The translations under genes were made by a program, and so were the position numbers. The notes below the pieces were generated by a model, which was not told the origin of the DNA, ran no database searches, and saw nothing but the letters and a program-made list of their open reading frames with translations. From positions 58,316-78,315 of the forward strand of contig JYFJ02001495.1 of the NCBI GenBank assembly GCA_000934665.2: a stretch of DNA of 20,000 bases, given 5' to 3'. This stretch comes from Catajapyx aquilonaris. Taxonomy: Eukaryota. Shown in pieces: positions 1 to 10,784 of this stretch; the stretch's first letter is position 1; each line of letters opens with the position of its first letter.

Positions 1-19
1 ATTAGTAAACTATTTCAAT

Positions 20-140
20 AATAATAATAATACTACAACAACAACAACATCATGACATTTCCCTATGAGGGGTCGTCAGCGATGAAGGGAGACGCAAGCT
101 GACCCAACATATGAACTTATAAAACTCATGAGAATAAACC

Positions 141-204
<64 letters not shown>

Positions 205-531
205 TCCGGGGTAATGCTGACCTCATCAGAGGTATGTAGCACGGACCTTTATTTATTTTTGTCGTGTACATTGAAGCCTTTATACGTAACGCCCGAGCCC
301 ACGGGCAGGATGACAGGAGGGGATGTGCAAGGTGCAGTGCATCTGACGCTGTGGCCATTTTTACTGAACTTCCCCGGGTGGTTTAGTCTGTTGGAAATAC
401 CACCGGAGACGAAGCCAGAGGTGACCCTGAACTCTGCACGAGATGAAGGGGGTGTCCCCGGGTTGGGATCGAACCCGGGACCTTAACATCCGTGGGCGTG
501 TACGTTACCGCAGCACCACTTCGCCTCCCCG
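20..531 (-). mobile_element. tRNA-derived SINE insertion (body about 204-531, (TTA)n tail, extra 3' segment 50-140) bounded by an 11-bp target-site duplication
   Basis: The minus strand starts GGGGAGGCGAAGTGGTGCTGCGGTA (A-box-like) and continues ...GGTCCCGGGTTCGATCCC (B-box). A body of about 250 bp and a (TTA)n tail follow. ACTATTTCAAT occurs identically at 9-19 and 532-542. It lies in the intron preceding the TMEM121-like exon. Confidence 0.85.
141..203. repeat. (AAT)21 microsatellite (SINE tail)
   Basis: Perfect AAT x21. A shorter (AAT)/(AAC) tract lies at about 17-49. Confidence 0.97.
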
Positions 532-687
532 ACTATTTCAATTATTGTTTGTAGTTATCAGATAACAATCATATCTTGACATGAGTGTAGGAAGAACGAC
601 CTCTGATTCAAAATTAATTAGAGAGTAACTTGAGATATCTGCATGTTCTTGTGACAATACTTCTTATAGGTTTCTTCTCGTTCTCAG

Positions 688-1314
688 GTGCTGAAGCTCT
701 CCATTGCTTTGTCAGCCGTGGTCCTCGCCCTGCTGGTGGAAGGTCACCATGATTCTGCCCCCGACTCAAGCCGAAATGCATACATCTCCACAGTGTGCAT
801 GTCTGCCTGCTTCGACGTAATGGATTCTGTCAGCTTCCTTTCCCTCCTCTTCACCCATGAGTCCCACCTGGTGTTCAGCTTTGCCTTCGAAAATGTCATT
901 CTTGGATTTGCTTGCCTGAACATACTGTTGCCAGCATTGACTTTGTACCGACTCAGCCTGTCTGGATTTGGAAATATCTACACCTTTCCTGCAGCTGCCT
1001 TTTACAAGTTTCTACACCTCTGCCTGGTTAACATACCGTACATGGGAGTCAGGATCTACTTATGGTCATTCCTACACTCAGACATATCCGTGTTCCTGGT
1101 CAAGAACATATGGGCTTCTCTGATCATTTTGAGGACTGTCGTCAAGGAGATGCCCTGCAAGTGCCCCAGCCGACGTACAGTTGCCCCCAGGAACAACGGG
1201 GCTGCCATTGAGCTGGGCAACGTGTCCACCGTGTCGGGTGGGAATAATCACCACCATGTAGTGGTTGCACCTCCTGGCAATGGCGGGAAGAAGCAGGCCA
1301 GTTCTGCCTGTTAA
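688..1314 (+). CDS. TMEM121: Terminal coding exon (5'-partial) of a TMEM121/CECR6-family multi-pass membrane protein
   Basis: A polypyrimidine tract plus CAG acceptor ends at 687 (tttcttctcgttctcag|GTG, phase 0), so the ORF-track 'M' is really Val. The exon is GC-rich with an open frame to TAA at 1312-1314. It has several hydrophobic helices and motifs recalled for the CECR6_TMEM121 family: LKLSIALSAVVLALLVEGHH, FDVMDSVSFLSLLF, ENVILGFACLNILLP and LVNIPYMGVRIYLW...DISVFLVKN. Family assignment is from recognition, not a database search. Confidence 0.8.
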   Translation: MLKLSIALSAVVLALLVEGHHDSAPDSSRNAYISTVCMSACFDVMDSVSFLSLLFTHESHLVFSFAFENVILGFACLNILLPALTLYRLSLSGFGNIYTFPAAAFYKFLHLCLVNIPYMGVRIYLWSFLHSDISVFLVKNIWASLIILRTVVKEMPCKCPSRRTVAPRNNGAAIELGNVSTVSGGNNHHHVVVAPPGNGGKKQASSAC

Positions 1315-3748
1315 GAAAGATAATTGGAATGAAAAGAGAGAGAGAGACAGATTCAACGACGTTGCCTCAATTGGGAGTCAAAGTTGGGGAGGGAAAACTA
1401 GGGTTCCTCTGTAAATGGTGGCATAAATTGAAGTCATTTTATTATATTTTTTTTAAGAAGGGGTGTTTACTTGCACTTTACGAGAACAAGTGATTGTAAC
1501 CGAGTCCTGGTTGGAATTTGGCCATCCTACATTGATATGCAAACTGCCAACAAGGCAGCCAACCTGTTTTATTAGTTGCCATTATAAAAATGAGGGGGAC
1601 AATTGGAATTTGTGCCATATGTAGAGTAACAGATCGGCAGCCTATTGTTTATATGCTAGCAACTCATAGTCACGTGACGTACTACAGGGGGCGAAGTGAT
1701 GAAGGCAGCCTGGCTTGGGAGCGCCAACAAGTTCACTGTAATTCTAATGATGTTTCTGATCCAATGTGACATTGCAGTCGAGTGATCCTCTGGGAATTTT
1801 CTGGGGCTCCTGACTCAGTCTGTCGTAAACTGTCGTCGACTGTAGTTCATAAATATCATATGCTATGGTGGAGCGAAATCGCCTCAACACGTGTTTTTAA
1901 AAAATGATCCAGGCATCTGACAAGCCACCGCTTGGTCACAGTGCGTTTTTTGTGGCAGCGATATGTCCTGATATTCTCAGCCGGATTTTTAAGACGTCCT
2001 TACAACATTACCATCAGACTTTGACTGAGGGGGAAAATGTGAGGCAGACAAGCCCCTTGATTTCCATCACAGCCTTAATAACGATGCCTTAAGTGACAGG
2101 AATCTATTATTGCTAGTCTGGGTGAAACAGTACAAGTTCTTCCCGCTTTGTTATTATATCCTCCGATGCGACAATTTAATTTTTTCACTGTTATATATCA
2201 TAATTTTTGCACTGAATTGTGGTTGTGGGTGTCATACATGAGCCTTCCGGTTTTTATTTTTATGGAACCAGTTGTGAGTTACAGATATTACACCAAAATG
2301 CCTAGATGGGCCGCGATCATGCAATTTGGGTGCCTCAAATATTACCAAAGCATTTACGGTACTTAAAAATTACTCAGTACTTGAATCATAAAATGCGAAT
2401 CTCATGTGGTCTGACCATGATAATGGGAGGTGGTGCATTCAGTATTCCTTTTTTAAAGATGCATATAATATCACCTGGGATTTTATCATTTTCATCGCAA
2501 TTGAATTATTCAACAGTATATTTTTATACCCACAGCTATTGTTGCTTTATTTTTAGATTTTTTATTCAAATGCAAGTGTTAAAAGCATTGGGTTATACCA
2601 TGTGAGTTTTAGAATTTAGCGCATGTTCATAGTTGGAATGTTGCGGACTCCTGCATCAAATTGGTATTCGTCAGCCTGCCGAATTACGGATGTGGGCTAA
2701 ATTCTGAATCACATGGTATTTTGCTTCACGCTCATATATTTTATTTTATGGAAATTATTATTGATGGACATTTGCTTCTTCCTTGTATACTTCCACATGT
2801 GCCCGCAACTTCTGTAAGGTTGCTTCGTACCATTTATCTACTAAAAAAAGTCTTCCTTTGAGTGGTAACTTACTGTATTTGTGAAATTACTATGGCTTTA
2901 TTCGACATCTCAGACAATTTTGACTGTTTTCACTTTTGTTTAGCGTGCCTTTCCTCTTCTGATGCATTTAAAATGTCTTGACTATTTGCCTTCGTAAAAA
3001 AGGTAAAGAAAAAAAAAACAGCTCTCTATTACTGTGTAACGTGCCTTTTTTGAGAAACGTTTTGCAGGAATCTCCACGTAAATTTATCATTGGTGTTTTT
3101 CATGTTTCATACCGTGTTTCCAGTTTTGTGCTATGCAAACGTTAGAGTGTAGATATATAAGTGTCCATGTTAGGCAATAGTTAGTGATGATTATTTTTTT
3201 TAGAAATCCACTGGAGTAATACCATGTGTGATTGATAGATCTTTTTTTGGTAATGCTCATAGATTGCACTTAACTCACTGCCAGTATAATGTGTAATGTT
3301 TAACATACCACCAGCACTGAATTTGTTAGAGGTATTCGTAGGGATCTGTAGATGAAGCCATAATGTGGTGCCAGCATTACCGAATTTGATGTGTGCAAGT
3401 TGTTGCATGCGTAGCCTCAGCGCCTCATGACGGCAATTAGCAATTAGTTTGAAAGATGAGGAACAGTCCAGTACAAGTGCTTTGAAGAGAGACGTGGAAG
3501 AATCTTAGCCTTAACAATGTCAGGTGTTGTTTATACAAAGAAATCTCCATTCCGTAAGTTGTTTTGGGAGTTGTGTTTTGCAAATGTGCGCATTAAAAAT
3601 GAGACTGCAGCATTTCCTTTTCCACTTCACTTGTGACTTGTGCTTTACAACTTTTCTTACTCTGTAACCCTACAATGTAGTTTTCTATACCTTCAGATAT
3701 TTGCCTATGTAGTTTGTAAGTGTATTTTCATACAACTCATTGGAGATC

Positions 3749-3754
3749 AATAAA
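3749..3754 (+). terminator. Probable polyadenylation signal of the TMEM121-like gene (3' UTR about 1315-3775)
   Basis: First canonical AATAAA found after the stop codon (an ATTAAA variant lies at about 3592). Several upstream TGTA motifs at 3663-3724 and a downstream T-rich tract at about 3772-3791. Confidence 0.55.
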
Positions 3755-6700
3755 GTCTTTATCCTCAGATGTTCCTTATTTTTCATTATTTGATGATAAC
3801 CCGCTGGCCTGTCGTAGTAACAGTGTAAGTATAACTTCAATTGTAAATCGATAATTCCGTGCACATGAGTATGTGAAATCTTTCACACCGTTCACATGTG
3901 AATGCGAAGGCATTGATGGGGACACGGATTATTTTACACTCATTTCCGTCATCGATTTTGAATGAAAAGTCTGATCAAGATGAGCCATAAATATAGGGCA
4001 ATCAGAGTGAAACTGCGATACAACTTGTTTCCCTTTTTATGATGCATCCATTCCAGCATGATTCCATCTGGGAAATCTCGTAGCATAAAACTACTTTCGT
4101 TTCATTGTGGTCAGCCAACAAAACTTGGATGCCCAAAAAAAAAACTTAGACCACTCACCTTTTATCCTCCACATCATTTTTCAAAATAATGAAAAAAAGG
4201 AGAAAATATTCATGAGCCAGCTGCACCTGCACAGGAATGTCTCCCAGTGTCAATTTATTATTGTCAATATTAATGTTGTGCAAATATTAATGTCTGATTT
4301 TTTACAGGTGATGTTCATGCCCCGGATCACAAACCCACCGGAGCTGGACATATAAGACGCACCAATAACACAAAAACCAACAACAAGGCGGAAAAAACAC
4401 TGAAATTTTTTTGAGAGGAATGTGCACTGCATACTTCCACGCTTAGCGGACCGAGTGTAACGGACATTTATAACAAGTGTGTGTGTGTGTACAGGGCATC
4501 TCACTAATCTTGCTCTCCTTTCACCTTCATCCATATCCATATGAAACTAGAATCAACATTTTTTCTAAATATGTGGATTTCGCTTTCTGTGATTTCAGAA
4601 TTGCGCCTGCAGTTATACGTAGCATGTGACTCGATGCATTCTGGTGCAACTTGCATACTGATTACTATTTAGCATATGCCATTTCCTGATCACTTTTCCT
4701 CTAATTTTCTGATTGTGCAAAATGTTGGGGTGTGCTGCAGTTGAAAAAAATTACACTAATCAGAAAGTGAAGGTTGTTATGTCATGTCTCCTACCTGAAC
4801 TTTTACTCAGATAATAGCATTTATTCTAATTACTGTAATCACATATGACGTTACTTTCAGGTCACGGTGGTCTGCTGAAAATTATCATACACAGCAGACG
4901 TGTAATTTCCAGTTTTTGCCTCTATTTCGCTAATGGGCCAATGTAACAGGAAGAGCAATTATTTGTGCGTTACGCCAATACTGTTTCCGGAACACCAGCT
5001 CGCATTTCAAATGGCACACACACAAAAAATGGTGGTGTCCCATTGTTTCCCCTGGCAAAATTGTTCTTGATGATGAGAAAAAGGGATTCCCAAGCAGAGC
5101 CGCAATTAGACTAGGGGTGTAGGTCACTTTCATTCCGGATCCCCCCCAACAATGTAATTAGACCTCCTCCATTGTCTGCACTTTTGGAAAGGCACGTTAC
5201 AAACAACTGGTGCCATGGAACCGAGTAATTTGATGCCTTCCAGGATATTATTTTTTTTCAACTAGTTTTTGTGCATATGCTGCAAGGGCTAGATTTCACC
5301 TATGTTAAATGCGGGGAGGGAAATTATATCAATATGTTGTAATATTAGTGATCGGTCAAGGATGGTTTGTCGTATGCTTTCATTTTACACATAATGATTT
5401 TTGGGAACGTATCCTCTGGCATTACCATTGTAATGTTATAAGTGAAGTTGTGTAATGGCCATTTGCAGGAAAAATACAATAGGCTTCTATAATGATTATT
5501 CTGAACCTGACAGATGCAAGGTGCATCACGATTTTTTTATTTTAATTACACTATTCATTTAGGACCCCACCTTTAATAACAGTGGGATAAATCATATTGA
5601 CATGAGTGCAGCACCTTCTGTTGTTTTTTCCCCTTTCTAGAGTTCAAGGCCCCGTGATGATGATGGCCAAACCAGACTGGACCAGCAGATGAAACTTCTT
5701 GGAGAAGATTATCGAGGGTGTGGTGGGGCAGGGATGAAGACGGTGGGGTGAAAAGGAAGGAAAACGCCCTTCATCCAACAACATGCTCCACTTTTGGACG
5801 AATAGTTGGGGTCACACGCATCAAGAGCAAAAAGAGATGCCTGTGGACACTCCATGGGGGTACACACTCTCTCCTTGCACTAACCACCTCTTGTCTATAT
5901 ACCAAATGTTATTTAGTGATAGTCATGCTAGAAAGTCTATTCCAATTGATAGTGCAGGAAGTGCACCAAATGCACCAAATGCTCTTGTCGACACGTTGGA
6001 CGTTGATATCAACTTTGTCATCTGCCAGTCCAGTTTGGCTAGCTTGTTAGAGCTAACCACTAGGTTGGATCCACACAAGCGTGATTGATGAAATTGTCAT
6101 GCTTGTTGGCAAGAGACAACTCTACTATGATCCGAGTAAGATATTTACACAATATGTCAACAAAGTGTGCAAATATTTTTTTTGTCAATACATTTCTATC
6201 TCAGTAACCACTGGCATGAATACTTCAGATTCCACAGACTAAATCCAACTATTTGTAGGCCATCGATTATAGCAAATCCTATAAATCACAATATTGTACC
6301 GGATACCCCGAGGCGGATAACATGCTCCATTGATACACCTCAAGGCAAACGCACAAACTAAAAAAAAATCCAGTTCACATCCATTCATCCAATGTCGATC
6401 CCATGAAGCACGAAGCGACAAAAACATACCCCCCCCCCCCCAAAAAAAAAGGTATAGATGTATAACACGCGAATAATTGTACTTTCACGAGTTGGCCAAC
6501 AATGAGGGAAAGGTGTGGTTATACATTTTGGACATTGTATTAAATCCAGTGTGGGAGAGACTAGAGAATGGGACACGCGGCAGGGGAGAATTCGACCCAT
6601 TGAACTTGCTCATGATCTGCCCTCACGCACCTCTGGTAATTTCTGGGCATAAAAATAAGACCACACCTCATCATTGGGGCGTGATTCTCTCAATACTCCA

Positions 6701-6798
6701 AGGTTTCTGTTGCATGCATGGACAAATCCGTCCCTTTCTAAACTTAAAATTATTTGTTGGGCACACTTGTATCAAATGGGAATGAAATGGGTATCTAG

Positions 6799-7521
6799 TG
6801 GACAAACAAACAAAGGAACAAACGATCAAAGAAACGATTAAATGGACAAATGAATGAACGAACGAGAAAATGATCAAATGAACAAACGATCAAAGAAACG
6901 ATTAAATGGACAAATGAATGAACGAACGAGAAAATGATCAAATGAACAAACGATCATATGACCGATTAAATGGACAAATGAATGAATGAACGAGAAAATG
7001 ATCAAATGATCAAAGGAATTATTTGATTTTAATCGGTCATTCGATCGTTTGTTCATTTGCTCGTTTGTTAATTTGTTCATTAAATAATTAAATTTGATTA
7101 TTAATTGATCATTGAATTTGATCAATTTCTCGTTCGTTCGTTCATTACGAGCAAATGAAGAAATACGATCAAATGAACAAATGAACAAACGAGCAAACGA
7201 ACAAAAAACCAACGAACCAACGAGCCAAAGAGGAAATGAACCAGCGAGCAAATGTTTGTTTGTTTGTTTGTTTGTTTGTTTGTTTGTTTGCTATGCCAAA
7301 GCAACTAAGACTAGCTCATTCCACCAATCGTATATTTGGTTTTTGGTAGTGGGAGGAAACGGGAGAATACCGAGAAACCCCACGCAAACACGGCAAGAAC
7401 CCATCGAAACTCTTTCCACATAAGTGTCTTCCGCCCGACCCGGGGATCGAACTCGTGACCTCAGAGGTGGAAGGCGCCAACGAGCAGATAAACAAACGAT
7501 TAAATGAACGAACGAACGAAC
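6799..7521. repeat. Foldback satellite-like element built from AACG/AATG/AAAC motifs, including three tandem 64-bp units
   Basis: Units start at 6816, 6880 and 6944; the first two are identical. 7028-7059 is the reverse complement of 6939-6970 (30/32), and 7118-7146 is the reverse complement of 6849-6877 (27/29). Related motifs resume at 7150-7250 and 7478-7521. Confidence 0.85.
7253..7477 (-). mobile_element. 5'-truncated tRNA-derived SINE with a V-domain-like core and (CAAA)n tail
   Basis: The minus strand has a B-box GAGTTCGATCCCC and a central GTGTTTGCGTGGGGTTTCTCGGTATTCTCCCGTTTCCTCCCACTACCAAAAAC, which resembles the V-SINE conserved domain. The tail is (CAAA)n (plus-strand TTTG tract at about 7253-7290). 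No clear A-box. Confidence 0.8.
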
Positions 7522-9804
7522 TTAGCCTTATATAATGTAATATTGTATCATATGGATTTTGAGGATTGTTGCATCAATAATTTGGATGAAATCAATCCAA
7601 TCTGAAGCATGACTAAAAATTTGGACATGGCATAAAGAACAATGGGTGAATGTGGGTTCTCGATTTGGAACTTCCGGAGACCATATTACTATACAAAAGG
7701 CACCATGATTGGTCTAATGGGTCGTGTGTGGCCAAAGCAGGTTCGTGATAGGAGCTTAGATCCATACAAAAAGAGAAGTGAAGATGGCTATCTTTTCCTG
7801 TGACCATGTGTGATACTATTTTTTTCTCTCTCTTTCATTTTAGGGAAGTTTCGCCCACGGTCATTAGTCCTTTTTGGGTCACCGGTCATTTGGAATATTA
7901 GAGGGGGGCCTCATTTTATTTGAAGTTTGAGGCACGTGGTCTTACATGAAAAAAAAAAGTGATCGTAGCAGGAAATATGGACGAGTTTTAAGGTGTCATT
8001 TGTATGTGAGTTTGACATGTTCACTTTCGATTCTTGGAGGGCGGACATGTGTGGTTCGAGCAATAAAATGTGTCTTTTGCATATATGTTGGAGCGATGGA
8101 TTATGAGATGATATGGGCTGATCACGAATCAGGAATAAGGAAGCGGATTGTAAAGTGATATTTTATGTATGTTTTTTTTTTAAAATTCTGATCGACTTTT
8201 CAGATATGCAATGTTGGAATATTTGTGATTGTTGAGAATCCACTTGTTAGTAGCCTTGACATACCGGCACCAAATGCTCTTCTTGCTCTAGTAGGCACCT
8301 TGAAAAGGTAGTCTCATTTACGCTTTTTTGATATCGAAAACAAAGGCCAGATTATTTGGACATCAGGGGAAACGGACACCATGGATAGAAAGTCTGAAAA
8401 TCACTTGTCATCTTCCAATCTTCATGGTGCATGATAGAAGGGACAAGAACTCATGTTTATCTATTAGGAACTGCCAATAACTTGAGATAATCCTTGTAAA
8501 AACATCTTGGTCGAAATGTGAAAGTTTTACGATTGTAAGCCATCTGAATCACTTCGTACAAATGGATTAGCCCAAAAAAAAAACTTGAACAATAAATAAA
8601 AAGGAAGCCAAATTGTTTTGAGTGTCAACCACACCCAACAGGTTTGTTGTCCTTTTTGCATTGTAGACATTTTTGCTTAATACAAATTAGAAATATTGAT
8701 TCCGTGCTAAATTATTCTGAATTAATAATATGTCATTTCTGATTCAACAAGAAAATGTCCTCGAGCAATATTCCCAGAGTTGCAACGTGTTTTTCGCGAT
8801 ACGTGCAGAATTATTAAGCAAGTGCACAGATCGAAACATGTCAGTCAGAGACATGCAATTGGCAAAAACGTTGCTTAACCCATGTGAACCTCAGGACAAA
8901 CAATTGTGAATGTGTGCTCGAGTGAAAGTGCTTGAGGTGATACATATGTAACTGATCAGTTTAAAGCATGTTTCTAGTGCAAGAAAGCCGGAAAAAAGGG
9001 ATAACTATTTTAAAAAATTGGAGCAGGTTTTAGCTAAGCCAGGTTTTGGGTAGGAAGTAAGACTTGTTAATTTTTATAAATAAATGCAGGGCGTACTTGC
9101 TAATTTTTTCCTGAAAATTTCTAGAACGAGTAATGAAAAATGTGTTTAATAAACTAACAGTGCAGACATATGTGGCATGTAATTGACCCTCTTAACACGA
9201 TTTCAGGTGATGAAGTATAGGAAGACACTACCTGTTTTGTTGCTTTTTTTATTTAATTTCTGAAAAATGGGGCTACTTGATTGTTGATTCGATACCTTTC
9301 TACCCACAAAACAAATTTTGTGGGGGGTATTTATGAAACATTGTGGCCTCACAATATTGTGTAGTGCTTTCTACAATAAAGCTGCCCACCGAACGATTTT
9401 GAGAAAGCTTTACTCTCACTAACGTCCAGAGAAAAGTGTTTCGCCTGTGACGAGTGAAAGAAAATATAATAGTTAAAAACGGGCTTATTATTGGTGCCAT
9501 GCCGCACTTAAGATTTATTGTCCCCTTGAAAATATGCGACTTTTCATCATAATTTGTTTAGGAAGAGTGACAAGGAGGAGGCCATTAGCGCATTCCAGGA
9601 CAGTGCTTTTTGTAAGGAAATGTAGACCCATTTTCTTCTTAATTTGTCAATTTGCGATGTATCGATAATTATTGTGGGTGACTTATTGTGATTGGCTGTC
9701 CGGACGTCCTGAAGGAATTTTATTTTTATAATAAAGAGTCATATTGAATATATGTGGTTATTTTGTCAGTCAGACAGGTGCGTAGCCATGTAGCAATATT
9801 TCCC

Positions 9805-10286
9805 TGCTCCAAAAATCCTCGGATCGTAATCCCTGAGTAAAAATGATCATGAAGTAAGTCTCACGCTCCAGAATCACAATCTGACATGCGAAAAAGGAAG
9901 GTCCTATAGCACGGAAAAGGCATTGTAGTGCTCCCAATTCCTGCGATGGAGAGATAAATAGTAACACGCACGGGAAGTACCTTCTACTACTAGATAGTAT
10001 TAAAATAATATTCCCATGCCTTCCACTTTGCTCCAGAATAGCCATGTCGTATATAGTGCTTCTAGTCTTTAAAATGGGGGCTGTTGTTTCAAGGCTTTTT
10101 TGGGGTGTGCGAAAAAAAGAGTAGTATTTCTGACACTGAACTTCTACAATATGAGGGCTTAATTAACGGGAGAAACAAGGTGAAGGAACATGTGAGGTAA
10201 TAAAAGTACTGACCAGCAGTGAAACTTCAGGTAAATGAATTGGGAGCACAGGTGATTATTATGCTCCGTACGGAACACTGGAGCAC
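9805..10286. mobile_element. Possible degenerate non-autonomous DNA transposon relic with repeated GCTCC/GGAGC motifs
   Basis: Perfect 13-bp inverted repeat GTGCTCCCAATTC (9928-9940) / GAATTGGGAGCAC (10237-10249). About seven GCTCC/GGAGC motifs. No clear termini. Confidence 0.3.
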
Positions 10287-10753
10287 TTTCATTAACTGAA
10301 ATCAAGTCTTAAAATTCGATAGTTAAACTGTAAAACTGAGGGTATTATAAAAAAAGTCCAGATATTCAGGGAACTAAAAAAATTTACGCAGTAGTTTTAT
10401 TGCAAGAGAAGGTAGGTGTACTAGGAAATAGAGTGAGACGGAGATATTTCTCTAATGCTCGATGAATAATAAAATCTAAAATGTAGTACAATGTACAACG
10501 TTAACTCCACCTGTTTTTGTGATTAGAACACTAACATTCGACCTATTTTCTTTAAAAAAATTATTCAGTAATGTTTTCCACAAAATCGGAAAAAATTACA
10601 TGGCATTTTGCCACTTTCCATATAATCATCAAATCGTAATGCCATTCACTAAATGGTAAGTATGACATCATAAAGTGAAGCTAATATTAGTAAGTTATGC
10701 CTTTGTCATTCATCGTGTGTGTTACAATTTTGAATTTACATAGTTGTCAACAT

Positions 10754-10784
10754 GGGGATCGAACTCTGGACCTCAGAGGCGGAA
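10754..10784 (-). mobile_element. Short remnant of the SINE family seen at 7253-7477 (B-box region)
   Basis: GGGGATCGAACTCTGGACCTCAGAGGCGGAA matches 7442-7472 GGGGATCGAACTCGTGACCTCAGAGGTGGAA at 28/31. Confidence 0.7.

Noticed and set aside
50..486. ORFs 50..358 (-, poly-Leu) and 214..486 (+)
   Set aside because: Both lie inside the SINE; the poly-Leu is the translated (TTA)n tail.
455..531. tRNA gene
   Set aside because: A and B boxes are present, but there is no convincing cloverleaf, and the sequence continues into a SINE body with a tail and target-site duplication.
1300..1314. C-terminal prenylation motif or selenocysteine readthrough
   Set aside because: The protein ends SSAC, which is not CaaX, CC or CxC, and the stop is TAA, not TGA.
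1078..1356. Antisense ORF over the TMEM121-like exon
   Set aside because: Shadow frame of GC-rich coding sequence with no recognisable protein.
6816..7008. CRISPR-like array
   Set aside because: Tandem units with no unique spacers, a eukaryotic context and no cas genes.
6671..7423. Several overlapping ORFs rich in F/V/C or N/K/Q
   Set aside because: Translations of the satellite and the SINE tail.
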